From Phycisphaerae bacterium (lineage in GTDB: Bacteria; Planctomycetota; Phycisphaerae; UBA1845; Fen-1342): 64,000 bases of DNA. The notes below the pieces were generated by a model, which was not told the DNA's origin, searched no databases, and was given only the letters and a program-made list of their open reading frames with translations. A program made the position numbers and the translations under genes. Shown here piece after piece: positions 10,495 to 21,075 of the stretch (within the stretch, counting starts at the first letter, position 1; each line of letters opens with the position of its first letter). The stretch spans positions 32,001 through 96,000 of the forward strand of contig CAXXWX010000026.1 in the NCBI GenBank assembly GCA_963675745.2, given 5' to 3'.

Positions 10495-11325
10495 TCAGGG
10501 CCATTGCGACAGTTGTTGGCAGTCGTACGCCTCATTGGCGAGTTCCGCGTATGGAATAGTCGTATAGTCGCTGCAGGTGTGGATCCCTTTGCGAATCAGC
10601 GTGAACGCCACGTGCCCATCCATGAATGCGACATTGTGCGTGTCCGTGCGATGGTGCCATTCGATGGGCTCAGCGGTGTCAGTCCGCCAGGCATCAACCC
10701 AGCCAGCGTCGCCCATGAGGGCGAGTCGGCTAGTGTCTTGTATGTCGGATTGGTTGAGTTCGGACAAACGGTTGCTGATACGCTCAAAAACCTGATCGCA
10801 GGGGTCATCCGGGGGCCATTTGAACGGGAGCTTGCCGATGATCATGTGGTTCGTGCGATAACTTGTGCCGTAGTAATCGAAGTTTGTGGGGCGCACACTC
10901 TCGCTTCCGCGGTCGGAGGGGCAGAGGAAGACCTCCGTGCCCAGAGCGTCCTGCCGCGGGCCACCGGGTCCAAGCAGCGTGCCGACGATTGGGTCGAGTT
11001 TGAGCGTGCTGTTGAGCGGCTTTGGCACAGGGAAGCGCGGGTCGCCCCCGTAGAACCGGGACCCGGCGCCCTGCTGTCCGCCGTAGTTGTAATCCAGGTT
11101 GAGTCCACGGGGGAAGCGCCCGCTGTACTCATCCAGGTACATGCTCCAAGCCTGGGCGAGGTTGCGCAGATTGACTTGGCACTTGACGCGGCGCGCTTGG
11201 TAACGGACTTGCTGCAGCGTGGGAAGCAGGATCGCCACCAGCAGCGCGATGATGGCCACGACGACCAGTAGCTCAATCAACGTAAACGCCGCTCGTGCCT
11301 TCAGACCGTGTGAGATGCGCCGCAT
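10495..11325 (-). CDS. Prepilin-type N-terminal cleavage/methylation protein (DUF1559 / H-X9-DG type)
   Basis: [34 protein letters not shown]-terminal [11 protein letters not shown]; start at MRRISH behind GGAG. Confidence 0.9.
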   Translation of the reverse strand: MRRISHGLKARAAFTLIELLVVVAIIALLVAILLPTLQQVRYQARRVKCQVNLRNLAQAWSMYLDEYSGRFPRGLNLDYNYGGQQGAGSRFYGGDPRFPVPKPLNSTLKLDPIVGTLLGPGGPRQDALGTEVFLCPSDRGSESVRPTNFDYYGTSYRTNHMIIGKLPFKWPPDDPCDQVFERISNRLSELNQSDIQDTSRLALMGDAGWVDAWRTDTAEPIEWHHRTDTHNVAFMDGHVAFTLIRKGIHTCSDYTTIPYAELANEAYDCQQLSQWP

Positions 11326-11329
11326 CGTC

Positions 11330-13117
11330 CTAACTCCCGCCTTGGCCCGCCGACTCATACGCGTCGGCTGGTGCCAGCTCCGCTCCGGCCTCGCCGGTGG
11401 GTTGCGGCTCCAGGCTACTTAGTCGAGATTTGGCCGCCGCCTTGATCATGCTCGGCCCCTCCGCCTTCATGCACAGCGAATAGAAGTGGTGCGCTTCGCC
11501 AAGGCGCTGCGCCCGCATGTGCCTCTCACCGATCGCGAATAGGGCCAGGGCCCTATACTGCTCCGGCATCTCGATCAGCAATTCTTCCGGCCTGCGCTGT
11601 TCATCGAGGAGGAACGCCATGACGCGATGCTGTGGCGACTCCTGAGACACCATCTCCAGGATCGCCTGTGCGCGTTCATCGCGCCCCGCCTGCCATTCCA
11701 GCAGGAACCACGGCAACACCTCAGAGCGGATGGGGTCCAAGAGCTTGCCCTCGATGACATCGCCGAGTTGGTGCTCGCTCTGGCGCAGTTGCTTCACCGT
11801 CTTCTCGTGCTCCGCCTCAGCGACCCAGGCACGACGCTGATATGCCACACTGATCCAGCCCGTGCTGATCAGGATGACAAGCAGACTCAGCATCGCCGCC
11901 GTCGCCGAACGGTGCTGGCGAGCCATCTTGCGCAGCAGATAGAGCGCGCTATCGCGCTTCGCCTCGATTGGTTCACCGCGCAGGAAGCGGTCCACATCGC
12001 GTCCCAGTTCGCCAGCACTCTGGTAGCGGCGCGTGTTCTCCTTCGCGAGCGCCTTCAGCACAATCGTCTCGAGGTCGTTTGGGATCGGGCAGCGTTGGGA
12101 ACGCCGACGTACGCTCTTGCTGGGCACGCCTTGCTCTGTTAGCCACGCTTGGCTGGGTCGCTCCGGGGGCGTCTCTGCAATGTGGCGGAGCACATCGGCC
12201 AGCTCGCCGACCACGGGGTAGGGGTATTTGCCGGTCAGTAGCTCATACAGAATCACACCAAGAGCGTAGACGTCGGTTCGCGTGTCGATTTCGTCAGGAT
12301 TGCCGCGCGTCTGTTCCGGCGCCATGTAGGGTAGTGTGCCTACGATCTGCTCGGTCAGCGATAACGTGTCAGCCTTGGACGCAAGCTGCTTGGCCAGGCC
12401 AAAGTCCAGGACCTTCGGACTGCCATCGGCATCGACCAGGATATTGGTGGGCTTTAGATCGCGATGAATCACGCCTCGCTGATGGGCATACTGCAACGCG
12501 TCACAGATTTCCATGAACAAGCTCAGCGTCGCCTCAAGCGATAGGCTCTGTTCCCGGACATGTCGGTGCAGCGGCAGGCCGCGCACGTAGTCCATCGCAT
12601 AGTAGTATCGGCCCTCGGGTGTCCGTGCGGCATCGTGGATTGATACGATGTTGGCGTGGCGCAACTGGGCGATGATCTCGATCTCACGCTCGAAGCGTTT
12701 TCGCGCTCGCTTGGACGCGTGGATGCCTGGCAGCAGCACCTTCAGGGCGACTTTGCGCTTGGTTGACTCCTGAATCGCCTCGTAAACGACGCCTTGAGCG
12801 CCGTGGCTGAGCTCGCGAAGCAACCTGTAACCGGGTAGACGTGGCAGCGGTGCTCCTTCGGGATCCGCGGCAGCCAGCACGGTTGTACTATCCCCTTGCA
12901 GTGCGGCCTGCGTTTCGCACTCATCGCTGACAGCAGTGAACACGTCGCCGGGCAATCTGCGCACGTCGCCGAGTAGTTCCTCCCATGCGTGCCATCCTTC
13001 GATTCGCTCTCCGCAACTCTTGCACCGGTCCACGTGTGCCTGAAGTGCCGCTGCTTCCGCTGGTGCGAGTTCCTTAGCTGCAAGCCGCTCGATCTGCTCT
13101 TGGGTCAAGCACGCCAT
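11330..13117 (-). CDS. Hanks-type Ser/Thr protein kinase with N-terminal anti-sigma zinc finger and one TM helix
   Basis: HVDRCKSC (HxxxCxxC), [29 protein letters not shown]. Confidence 0.92.
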   Translation of the reverse strand: MACLTQEQIERLAAKELAPAEAAALQAHVDRCKSCGERIEGWHAWEELLGDVRRLPGDVFTAVSDECETQAALQGDSTTVLAAADPEGAPLPRLPGYRLLRELSHGAQGVVYEAIQESTKRKVALKVLLPGIHASKRARKRFEREIEIIAQLRHANIVSIHDAARTPEGRYYYAMDYVRGLPLHRHVREQSLSLEATLSLFMEICDALQYAHQRGVIHRDLKPTNILVDADGSPKVLDFGLAKQLASKADTLSLTEQIVGTLPYMAPEQTRGNPDEIDTRTDVYALGVILYELLTGKYPYPVVGELADVLRHIAETPPERPSQAWLTEQGVPSKSVRRRSQRCPIPNDLETIVLKALAKENTRRYQSAGELGRDVDRFLRGEPIEAKRDSALYLLRKMARQHRSATAAMLSLLVILISTGWISVAYQRRAWVAEAEHEKTVKQLRQSEHQLGDVIEGKLLDPIRSEVLPWFLLEWQAGRDERAQAILEMVSQESPQHRVMAFLLDEQRRPEELLIEMPEQYRALALFAIGERHMRAQRLGEAHHFYSLCMKAEGPSMIKAAAKSRLSSLEPQPTGEAGAELAPADAYESAGQGGS

Positions 13118-13266
13118 TGCGACAGGTCCTGTGTCCGCTGTTGTAGATGGGAATCGCCGGTCGAGACCCTCTAGTCACGTGACTCCGCCAGCAGGCTTCC
13201 GGGGCCGTGATGTCATCCGAAACCCGGGAGCACTGCCGACCTATTGCGGTCTCACCATGGCATCTT

Positions 13267-13869
13267 TCACCAGCTTTTGCGGAACAGTGCCCGACAGCGC
13301 TGCAAGCGGCCAAGTACGCGAGACTTACATACGTAGACCGCACCCCGCGAAATCCCCAGTTCGTCCGCCACCGCGTCGGCGGTCTGGCCATCAATCGCGA
13401 AGCGCTTGAACGCAATGAAGGTCTGCGGTTCTACTTCCGCGCGGACCTGCCGGATACCCGCCGCCAGAACCGCCTGCTCCCACTCCTCCTCGAACGCGCT
13501 CTCAAGCTGGTTGTCATCGTCCGGGACTCGGTTCATGAAGGCCGTAGAGCCTGGGTTGTCCGCGACCTGACGTTCCTGCCGACCAAGGCGGCGGCGCGCC
13601 TCGCGGATCTTGTTGATGGCGATGCCTTTGAGCCACGCCCGCAGTCGTCCGCGCGCCTCATCGTACTTGCCCTCCCGAAAACTGCTGACGAATGCCACCA
13701 GCGTATCTTGCACGACGTCAAACGCGTCCTGTTCGCGAATCCCCGCACGACGTGCCAAGTTCTGCAGCATTGGCTCATAGCGCTCGCAGAACGCGCGCCA
13801 AGCTCCATCGCTGTCACGCTCCTGTAGGTCACGCAGAATCACCGCGCTGGTCATGAAATCGGCAGACAT
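13267..13869 (-). CDS. ECF RNA polymerase sigma factor (kinase-associated, planctomycete type)
   Basis: AWRAFCERY, DAFDVVQD, GRLRAWL, FEEEWE, VADELGISRGAVYVCKSRVL. Confidence 0.92.
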   Translation of the reverse strand: MSADFMTSAVILRDLQERDSDGAWRAFCERYEPMLQNLARRAGIREQDAFDVVQDTLVAFVSSFREGKYDEARGRLRAWLKGIAINKIREARRRLGRQERQVADNPGSTAFMNRVPDDDNQLESAFEEEWEQAVLAAGIRQVRAEVEPQTFIAFKRFAIDGQTADAVADELGISRGAVYVCKSRVLGRLQRCRALFRKSW

Positions 13870-13953
13870 TCGTCACCCCAGGAGACGGTAGCTGTTGCAG
13901 CAGTTTACCACACCGGAGGCGGCTGCCCACCCTCTTCGCCTGCCGTCGGCGCG

Positions 13954-16900
13954 CTACTGATCAGATAGCAGCGTGACGAATGCGTCGATGTCGCCGTTGT
14001 TCGTCCAGCCGTCGCCGTTGATGTCGCCGAGCATGATGTCGCAACCCGGGTACTCATCGGGGTACTCATCCGGATACGACAAGGCGAACACGAATGCGTC
14101 GATGTCGCCGTTGTTGACCCAGCCGTCGCAGTTCAGGTCACCTGCCGCGCACGGAGCGTCGTGGAACACCCCTGCGATCGGCAACGCCAGATCGTGGCAG
14201 GCCAAGGGCGTGGCTGTCACGAGCGCATCACCAGGTCTCACCACCGCCAGCATCGCCTGTGTGAAGATCGCCTCGTCGTTCCCGAACGTCGCAAACTCGC
14301 CCCACCAGTCCCAACCCTGCGGCGGTTCCTCAAGCATCATACCCAGCACCCACAAGCGTCCCGTGCACGGATGCTCAACCATGCTCGTCACGTCCCGCAT
14401 GTTGTCGATCACAACCGCGTCGGACAACGCCTCGTGAAGCACGCCAGCCACCGTGTCGTTGGCACCACGCTGGATCCAGTAACGCCGCACGGTTGTGCTG
14501 GTCGCCCCGTACGATGTCGCCGTGGCAGCGACGTATGCGCACGTGCCATCCCTGGAGAGCGTCAACGCCGTCGGGCCGCGTACGCCGGGGGCGTTCGGAT
14601 CGTTCGGATCCAGCAGGCGATAGCGGCTTTCGGCCCCACCGGCGTCGTACACCAACAGCCAGCTGTTGAAGTTCAGATTCTGGCCACTGATCACAAACGC
14701 GTTGCCGTACGCATCCACCTCGATTTCCTTCAGTCGCTGGACGTCGACCACCGACATCTCCGGCGGATCGCCGTTCTGCGTCGGGTCATTCGCCGGGTTC
14801 AGCCCGTAGAGCTGTTCCACCGCATAGGTGCTGCCGCTCAGCCTCAGACGCGCGGCTGCCCGGTAGGTGCTCCCCGTGGCCGGCTGCACCTCCACCGGCA
14901 CGACGTACAGCACGTTCGGATCATTCGAACCAAACACCGCGTCCCGTAGCGGCTCGCCGTGCGGCACGTCGCTGATCACGGCCAGTCCCACCCGCACCTG
15001 GCTGTCGCCGTACGGCAGCGGATTGACCGTCGGTGCCAGCACCGTCTGCGCATCTTCCAGTCTGATCAACCCCTGCACGCCGTGCAGTTGATGCACCCGA
15101 CCGGCCGGATCGACGAGCAGACGACCGTTGCCGCGATACTGATTGAACGGCCCACCAGGTGTGCTGGCCGGCGTCAGCCGAGCATCAGCACTCTGGTTGC
15201 GCGCATCGACGGTGTAGAGGAAGTCCTCCTGCAGGCTGTACCCCCAGGCGTCCACCCCGCTCGGCTTGCCGGCGATCACCAGCCGGTTCGGCGCAATGTT
15301 AACCGGACCACGCGTGGAACGCCGCCCGGGTGACCGCTGGTCAGAACCACCACACAGGTCCAGCACGAACGGATCGCTAAGGATCGTGTCCCAGAGCAGC
15401 ACGTCGTCCAGATCGATGAAGCCGTCTTGCGTGACTTGGTCCAGGCACCACTTGGCGTGGCCGGTGCCCGCGATGTCGAGCGTTTGACCATATTCGCCTA
15501 GCACGTACAGGAAGTCCTCTTCGGCCACGCCGTTCGGCGGCCCGAAGTCGCCGCAGTCATCGGTGCTCGAGCACACGATCTGCGGGTCCCAGTTGTCGAT
15601 CTGCACCACCGCGTCACCGCCGCGCAGCTTCAGCTCCACGTACGTCCCCCGGCGGAAGTTCAAGCCATTACGCGGGAAGCGACCGAAGAACGTGGCGAAC
15701 CTATTGCTGCCAACCGCACCGGGCAAACCGGCCTGGGGTGGGTACAGCCGGGCGATCTCGACCAGGTTCTCGCTGACATCCGGCGCGGCGCTGAGATGGA
15801 CAATCAGTACCGTGTTGGGATCGGGCGCCGCCGTGAAGCGGTAGTCGAACGCCACGATGATCTGATGCTCACCCGCCCGGGCGAAGGCACCCTTGGCGGC
15901 TACCGAACTGGCTGGTTGCATCTCAGCACCACGCGTCCGCACCTCCATCGCGTGATTGTTCGGATCACCGGGTAGCGGGGCAGACACACGCTCGATCTGG
16001 CCCACGCGATTGGGCGGGAGCGGTGGATCTGGCTGTGGGTCATTCGGGTCGATTACCCGTTTCCGTACGCGGATGCGGAACTCCTCGTCATCCTCCATCG
16101 AAATGACCTTCAGCGAAAAACCCAGCAGTGGCACGTCCACGATTCGGCTGCCGTTCTCCATCGGCGCCGCCGGATCGTTCGGATCGCGCGTCAGCGAAAT
16201 CTCCAGGCCGTTCGGGTCCACGCCGACCAGTTCCTCGTAGTACAACGTCTGCAACGCCGTGTTCAGAACCGCGCCCGGATGTAGCTTTAGCGTGCGGACG
16301 TAAACCGTCTCCGGGTAGTTGGGATCCAGCTGAAAGTCAAAGCCCTGCCGGTTGGTCAGGCTTACCTTGCATTCGGGCAGGATCTCCAGCGTCTCGAGCA
16401 CCCAATTTTCAGAGGGATCTTCGGTGAACCCGGGACTGCCGATGGCCTGGAAAGCGCCTGAGGTGCAATCCGGGTTGTAGGGGCCGCCGCAGTCGAAGTC
16501 CTGGGCGCGCAGCTCCAGCAGCTCGCCGCGCTCGCCTTCAGCGCCCTGCGTGATCAGCACATGGATGTAGTTGTACTGGAGTGTGGGGCGCTGATCCTCC
16601 GGGTCGTTCGGATCGGGATCAAGATCCATGTAGCGATCACCCTCGGAGACGATGTAGTTACAGCGGATCAGCGAGTTGCCTTCAACCCAGAACTCGCCGC
16701 CGAAACCCTCGCTCGACTCCAGCAGGAAGATGTTGTTGTTGACAATGTCATTGTGGCCGGCGAAGTCGGCCAGCTTGACGTCCACGTTCGTGTTCTGGAT
16801 CGTGGCATCGCGGACGACCAACGCGCCCTCGATCGTGATCGTACCCCACTGATCGGCTTGGCTGGGATCCGCACAACCACTGCCGGTGTGGCCGCTCAAG

Positions 16901-18954
16901 TCAACCGTCGCACCCTGCTCAATCCGCAGTTCCGCGTTTTCCTCGATCCAAATGTCACCCGGGCCGATGATGTCCGTGCGGAAGATAGTCGGGAGCGGTG
17001 AATACCCGAGCATCTGTGCGCGCGATCGCAAACCCGTGCCGGCGTGCGCCCTTATGCGCAGCACCGCGCCGCGCGAGATTGATAGCCACCCAGGACCGTC
17101 AAACGAGCTCATGTCCGCGACCAGCTCGTTATTTTCGACAAGCAGCCCCCCGGTCAGACGCACACGACAATACTTCGCTACGGCCGCGCTTGCTTCTGGG
17201 GCAATGTTGTTGCGCAACGCGACGTTGCCCAGTCTCAGTACGCTGAATCGACACGCCAAGCCGCCGCCAGCCTCCGTGGCCTGACAATCCTCTAGCGTGC
17301 AATTCCTCAGCAGGGTTCGCGTTCGGTCGAGCCAGAGCGCCCCCCCGATGTCCCCATCCGCATTGCGGATCACAAGCCCATCCAGGGCTACGCGGGCCGC
17401 ATCAACAGAATCGGGATCCACGAACCGCCCCGAGCCACCGCAATCGATCACTGTCGGGCCCGGCTGCTCAAAAGCCCGAACGAGAACGGACTGCCCACGG
17501 AGGTCGAGGTCCGAATTGCCTGTGCCGGCATACGTACCCGCAGCAATGAGAACCGAGTCGCCCTGTTTGACCGCATCCAGTGCGCCCTGAATTGTCCGCT
17601 TGGGTCCGGTCACTCTCCCTTGCCAAGTCGGCGATGAGCCATCCCAGTCATCGTCGCCAACGGTGCTGCTAACGTACAACGTTGTGCCGACAGGGCTGCT
17701 GCCATAGACCGAATACTCCTCTTGATTAGAAATCAGGTCACCGTCGCAATCGCTCCACGGGTCGGCAACAACCGGGTCGCCGAAATGGCGCAGTTCCCAC
17801 CAGTCGGGCAACTCATCTTCATCGCTGTCTAGAAGTTCATCAGCGCCGATATCTACGTGGGCCCCCAGTACACGGGGGTCACCGTCGACGTCGAGTGGGA
17901 TGGGTTCATTCACGTTGCCATCGCCATCCAAGTCAAGCCAATCGGCGGGCAACGCCGAATCATCCCCAGCATCAAGGCCAGGTGAGCTGGCAGTCAGATG
18001 CGCACCTGGTGCAAGAAGCGGATCAAGATCCATATTCTCGCTACCCGGCCAGCCACCCTGCACAACGCAACTATCGACCGCAGCGGTACTATCCTGATCC
18101 GCGTAGATTGCCTGTGGCGTGCTGCTCGATACAATGCAGTTCGTCAGCATCGCGCTGGATTGCTGTAGTAGCGTGAGCCCGTCCCCTAACCCCATACTCG
18201 TGCAGTCGGCGATCGTGCAGTTGATCAGAATCGGGGCACTTCGTTGGCAAGCCACACCCCCGCCCAGGGACGCGGTGTTCTCCACGATGGCGCAGTTCAC
18301 GACCGTAGGATTGGCATCGACGTAGAAGATACCGCCGCCAACCATGCCCCGACTACGCTCGATTGAGCAGTTGATCAGTTGTAAGCTGCTGTCGAAACAA
18401 GCGACAGCGGCCCCGGCAGCGGCGCAATTACCCACCATTCGGCAATTGACCACAGTTGGACTGCTATTCCATGCGAAGATTGCTCCCCCGGCAGGGCTAC
18501 CGTCGCTCGACGTTGTCACGTAGCCATTCGTTATCGTTACACCCGCCAAGATGGCGCTGGCGCCTTCACCACAATGAAAGTAGAAGCCGCGGTGAGGCTC
18601 AGCCTCCGTGCCCGCGCAATCGATCACACAGGCATCCCGACTGCCGCTGCTGCTGCCAACCATGATCGCCTTGCCGCCGAAATCCAGGTCGCGATTGCCG
18701 TCACCAGTATAGGTTCCATCGGCGATAACCACCTCATCCCCATTGACGGCATCGTCGATCGCCTCCTGAATCGCGTCGAACGGGCGCTCCACCGAGCCGT
18801 CCTCCCATGGATCGCTCACCAGAGGATCCCCCGGCCCAGGGTCATTGGGGGCGTCGTCATCAACATGCCACACATCACCCAGTGCCGTGCTGGCAGCCAA
18901 GCCGCTCAGCAAGATCGCCACAGCGTAGCGCAACTCACTTCGTCGCCCGAGCAT
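13954..18954 (-). CDS. Giant secreted beta-helix protein (1666 aa) with C-terminal dockerin-like domain; paralogue of 2387..9202
   Basis: Same N-terminal DDDAPNDPGPGDP motif and shared C-terminal block; lacks the BACON plus second beta-helix module. Confidence 0.9.
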   Translation of the reverse strand: MLGRRSELRYAVAILLSGLAASTALGDVWHVDDDAPNDPGPGDPLVSDPWEDGSVERPFDAIQEAIDDAVNGDEVVIADGTYTGDGNRDLDFGGKAIMVGSSSGSRDACVIDCAGTEAEPHRGFYFHCGEGASAILAGVTITNGYVTTSSDGSPAGGAIFAWNSSPTVVNCRMVGNCAAAGAAVACFDSSLQLINCSIERSRGMVGGGIFYVDANPTVVNCAIVENTASLGGGVACQRSAPILINCTIADCTSMGLGDGLTLLQQSSAMLTNCIVSSSTPQAIYADQDSTAAVDSCVVQGGWPGSENMDLDPLLAPGAHLTASSPGLDAGDDSALPADWLDLDGDGNVNEPIPLDVDGDPRVLGAHVDIGADELLDSDEDELPDWWELRHFGDPVVADPWSDCDGDLISNQEEYSVYGSSPVGTTLYVSSTVGDDDWDGSSPTWQGRVTGPKRTIQGALDAVKQGDSVLIAAGTYAGTGNSDLDLRGQSVLVRAFEQPGPTVIDCGGSGRFVDPDSVDAARVALDGLVIRNADGDIGGALWLDRTRTLLRNCTLEDCQATEAGGGLACRFSVLRLGNVALRNNIAPEASAAVAKYCRVRLTGGLLVENNELVADMSSFDGPGWLSISRGAVLRIRAHAGTGLRSRAQMLGYSPLPTIFRTDIIGPGDIWIEENAELRIEQGATVDLSGHTGSGCADPSQADQWGTITIEGALVVRDATIQNTNVDVKLADFAGHNDIVNNNIFLLESSEGFGGEFWVEGNSLIRCNYIVSEGDRYMDLDPDPNDPEDQRPTLQYNYIHVLITQGAEGERGELLELRAQDFDCGGPYNPDCTSGAFQAIGSPGFTEDPSENWVLETLEILPECKVSLTNRQGFDFQLDPNYPETVYVRTLKLHPGAVLNTALQTLYYEELVGVDPNGLEISLTRDPNDPAAPMENGSRIVDVPLLGFSLKVISMEDDEEFRIRVRKRVIDPNDPQPDPPLPPNRVGQIERVSAPLPGDPNNHAMEVRTRGAEMQPASSVAAKGAFARAGEHQIIVAFDYRFTAAPDPNTVLIVHLSAAPDVSENLVEIARLYPPQAGLPGAVGSNRFATFFGRFPRNGLNFRRGTYVELKLRGGDAVVQIDNWDPQIVCSSTDDCGDFGPPNGVAEEDFLYVLGEYGQTLDIAGTGHAKWCLDQVTQDGFIDLDDVLLWDTILSDPFVLDLCGGSDQRSPGRRSTRGPVNIAPNRLVIAGKPSGVDAWGYSLQEDFLYTVDARNQSADARLTPASTPGGPFNQYRGNGRLLVDPAGRVHQLHGVQGLIRLEDAQTVLAPTVNPLPYGDSQVRVGLAVISDVPHGEPLRDAVFGSNDPNVLYVVPVEVQPATGSTYRAAARLRLSGSTYAVEQLYGLNPANDPTQNGDPPEMSVVDVQRLKEIEVDAYGNAFVISGQNLNFNSWLLVYDAGGAESRYRLLDPNDPNAPGVRGPTALTLSRDGTCAYVAATATSYGATSTTVRRYWIQRGANDTVAGVLHEALSDAVVIDNMRDVTSMVEHPCTGRLWVLGMMLEEPPQGWDWWGEFATFGNDEAIFTQAMLAVVRPGDALVTATPLACHDLALPIAGVFHDAPCAAGDLNCDGWVNNGDIDAFVFALSYPDEYPDEYPGCDIMLGDINGDGWTNNGDIDAFVTLLSDQ
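13967..16614. repeat. 2.65-kb direct repeat, copy 2
   Basis: Matches 2397-5044 at offset 11570. Confidence 0.9.
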
Positions 18955-19270
18955 GGCTTACCTTCCTGCTTGGATTGCCCAGCATCAGATCAACCGGTGG
19001 CAGCAACCACCACTGACGCGGCGCGGTTCACGCGCCGAAGTCCTATTGCGGATCGCCCCCGGGGATCTTGCACAAAAACACCTAGAATTGTGCAGCAGGC
19101 CAGCACAAACCGCATCAGACCCGCAACTCCCCGCCGACCGGAGCGGTCCACACGTCCAATATACCCGCTCGGCGACTGGATCAGAAAGGACAATGTCGTT
19201 GGCGCAGTCCAGACCCACACGCCATCAACCACGGCGGCTGGCGCAGCCGACCGGGCACCGCGTTGCAAGT
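18955..19270 (-). promoter_or_regulatory. Conserved 5' leader of giant exoprotein gene, copy 2
   Basis: Aligns with 9203-9520. Confidence 0.65.
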
Positions 19271-19384
19271 CACACGCCGTCAGCTAGTTGCGCGAACGAG
19301 CGCTGCCGATCGCGGCAGGCGCTGATCGGCGAGGCGTGGGGCCTATGACCACCTGCGTATGCGCAGCAAACGCGCGGGTCCACA

Positions 19385-20725
19385 GGAGCAGGTCCATAAT
19401 GTCGGGGCGCCGTCCATTCAGTCCGGGGAGTCACGAAAGAAGCGGTTTGCGTCAACAGAGCGGCGGCGTTGGCCGGCTCGCGTACCGTCGCCGTCGTATA
19501 CGGCGCAGAATGTCACCGAGCGCGATGTTGGTCAAGTGCGGGTGAACAGAGATGAACGGTGCTACGCGGCGGCGCGATAGTAATGCCGGAGCAGTCCGCC
19601 GAGGGAGCGTTGGCAGCGGATGCAGTTCGATGGCGGTGCGGTCCGTGACAGGGACGCTGCGGGTTGACCATGTGCCGCTGTCGGAATCGTCTGGTTGCCG
19701 AGCCCTTGATGCGGGCGATGTTCGTTGTGGAAACGAACGTACTCCTGCCCGATGTGGTCGAGATGGCCCAGGCTGAAGCAGAGGAAGTGGCTGAGAGCTT
19801 CCCGTTTGAACGCGCCGATCCACGCCGCACAGAACGCGTTCGCATCGGGAGCCAGCACGGGCGTTCGCACGCAGCGGATGTCGGCGCTCTTGAACAAGCG
19901 CCGGAACCTGGTCGAGAACTTGCTGTCGCGATCATGGATCAGAAAGCGGGCCCCGAGCCCTTGGTCATCAAGCCACATCAACGCGTTGCGCGCCTGCTGC
20001 TGCACCCAACGATCGTTGGGGTGATAGGCGGGCGGACTCAGAAAGACCCTCCGCGTGCCGACATGGATGAACGTGAGGCAGTACGCAACTCGAATTCCAA
20101 AAGGCGTGATCACGCTTTGGGTGAAGAAGTCACACGCGACCAGCGTGTTCACATGGAGCCGAATGAACTTCTGCCACACGGTCTCCGGTCCCTTGGCGCG
20201 ACGCATCGGCGACGGCGTCAGTCCCTCGTCCTTGAGGATCCTCCGCACCGACGACCGCCCCAGGCGCAGGCGGAGCTTACGCAGTTCCCCGACAATACGC
20301 CGGTAGCCCCAGTTCCCGTTGTCCTTCGCTAGGCGAATCACGAGTTCGCGCATGTTGCGGACGATTCTCGGCCGGCCGACGCGCTTGGGATTGCGCCCTT
20401 CCCTCAGCTCCATGACCCAGCGAGAATACGTCTTCGGCGCGACGATGCCGATGATGTCAGCGACGTTATGATCCAGTTCCCGGCCGATGTCCAGCAACCG
20501 GGCACGATCGTCCGGGCTGGGGATGACGCGGTTGCCGCCGAGCTTGCGGCGGAGGATCTCGACTTCGGCTTTAAGGAACCTGATGTGGGCTTGCCGGCGA
20601 GCGGCGCCGGCTTCAACGAGGAGGTGCAGAGCGACGTAGAACCAGCGCAGCATGGCGAGTTGATCCTGAATGAAGACGGTTGTGAATGCAGCAATGAGAA
20701 GCTCACGACATTTTGAACCCCCGCC
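19385..20725 (-). mobile_element. Second rve integrase-core IS-like element (approximate ends)
   Basis: Imperfect inverted repeats GGTCCATAATGTCG (19391-19404) and CGACATTTTGAACC (20706-20719) flank the transposase. Confidence 0.55.
19562..20653 (-). CDS. Integrase-core (rve) transposase, catalytic Glu apparently replaced
   Basis: WGYRRIVGEL, VACDFF, LIHDRDSKF, HNEHRPHQG; reads PDANAFCAAW where NAxxE is expected; start at MLRWFY. Confidence 0.85.
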   Translation of the reverse strand: MLRWFYVALHLLVEAGAARRQAHIRFLKAEVEILRRKLGGNRVIPSPDDRARLLDIGRELDHNVADIIGIVAPKTYSRWVMELREGRNPKRVGRPRIVRNMRELVIRLAKDNGNWGYRRIVGELRKLRLRLGRSSVRRILKDEGLTPSPMRRAKGPETVWQKFIRLHVNTLVACDFFTQSVITPFGIRVAYCLTFIHVGTRRVFLSPPAYHPNDRWVQQQARNALMWLDDQGLGARFLIHDRDSKFSTRFRRLFKSADIRCVRTPVLAPDANAFCAAWIGAFKREALSHFLCFSLGHLDHIGQEYVRFHNEHRPHQGLGNQTIPTAAHGQPAASLSRTAPPSNCIRCQRSLGGLLRHYYRAAA

Positions 20726-20985
20726 CAAAGCCGGGCAACCGGCGGCTGGGGCCCGCTGTCGCACCGATTCCGCTGCTGATCAGTCTCAGAACCACGTCCG
20801 CATGCATCCTCGCCATGTTCGGTTTGTAATTGACGCCGTCGAGGGGGGTGTCCAAAATGAGGCCCAAAATGGTGTGCAACATGTGCAATATGGTGCACAT
20901 GGAGAGTAACGGTTTTGGACTTCAACCTCTTGAGAATGCTATAAGTTACACGCTTTCAACGGGTTAGCTCGAATCGAGCTTGTCG

Positions 20986-21029
20986 GGCTCATAACCCGGA
21001 GGTCGCAGGTTCGAGTCCTGCCCCCGCTA
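20986..21029 (+). tRNA. 3' fragment of initiator-type tRNA-Met(CAT), att-site copy, not a complete gene
   Basis: GGCTCATAACCCGGAGGTCGCAGGTTCGAGTCCTGCCCCCGCTA: anticodon loop, T arm and acceptor 3' strand; no well-pairing 5' acceptor strand upstream. Confidence 0.85.
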
Positions 21030-21075
21030 GTTGACGCGTCGCGTCGAAACGATGCGACCCGCTGGTTAACGCGCG

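Noticed and set aside
13165..13202. ECF-like promoter GGAAGC-N15-CGTGAC upstream of the kinase
   Set aside because: Single weak match, not seen ahead of the other candidate target genes
20958..21029. Complete functional tRNA-Met gene
   Set aside because: Acceptor stem mismatched and spacing abnormal; treated as an att fragment
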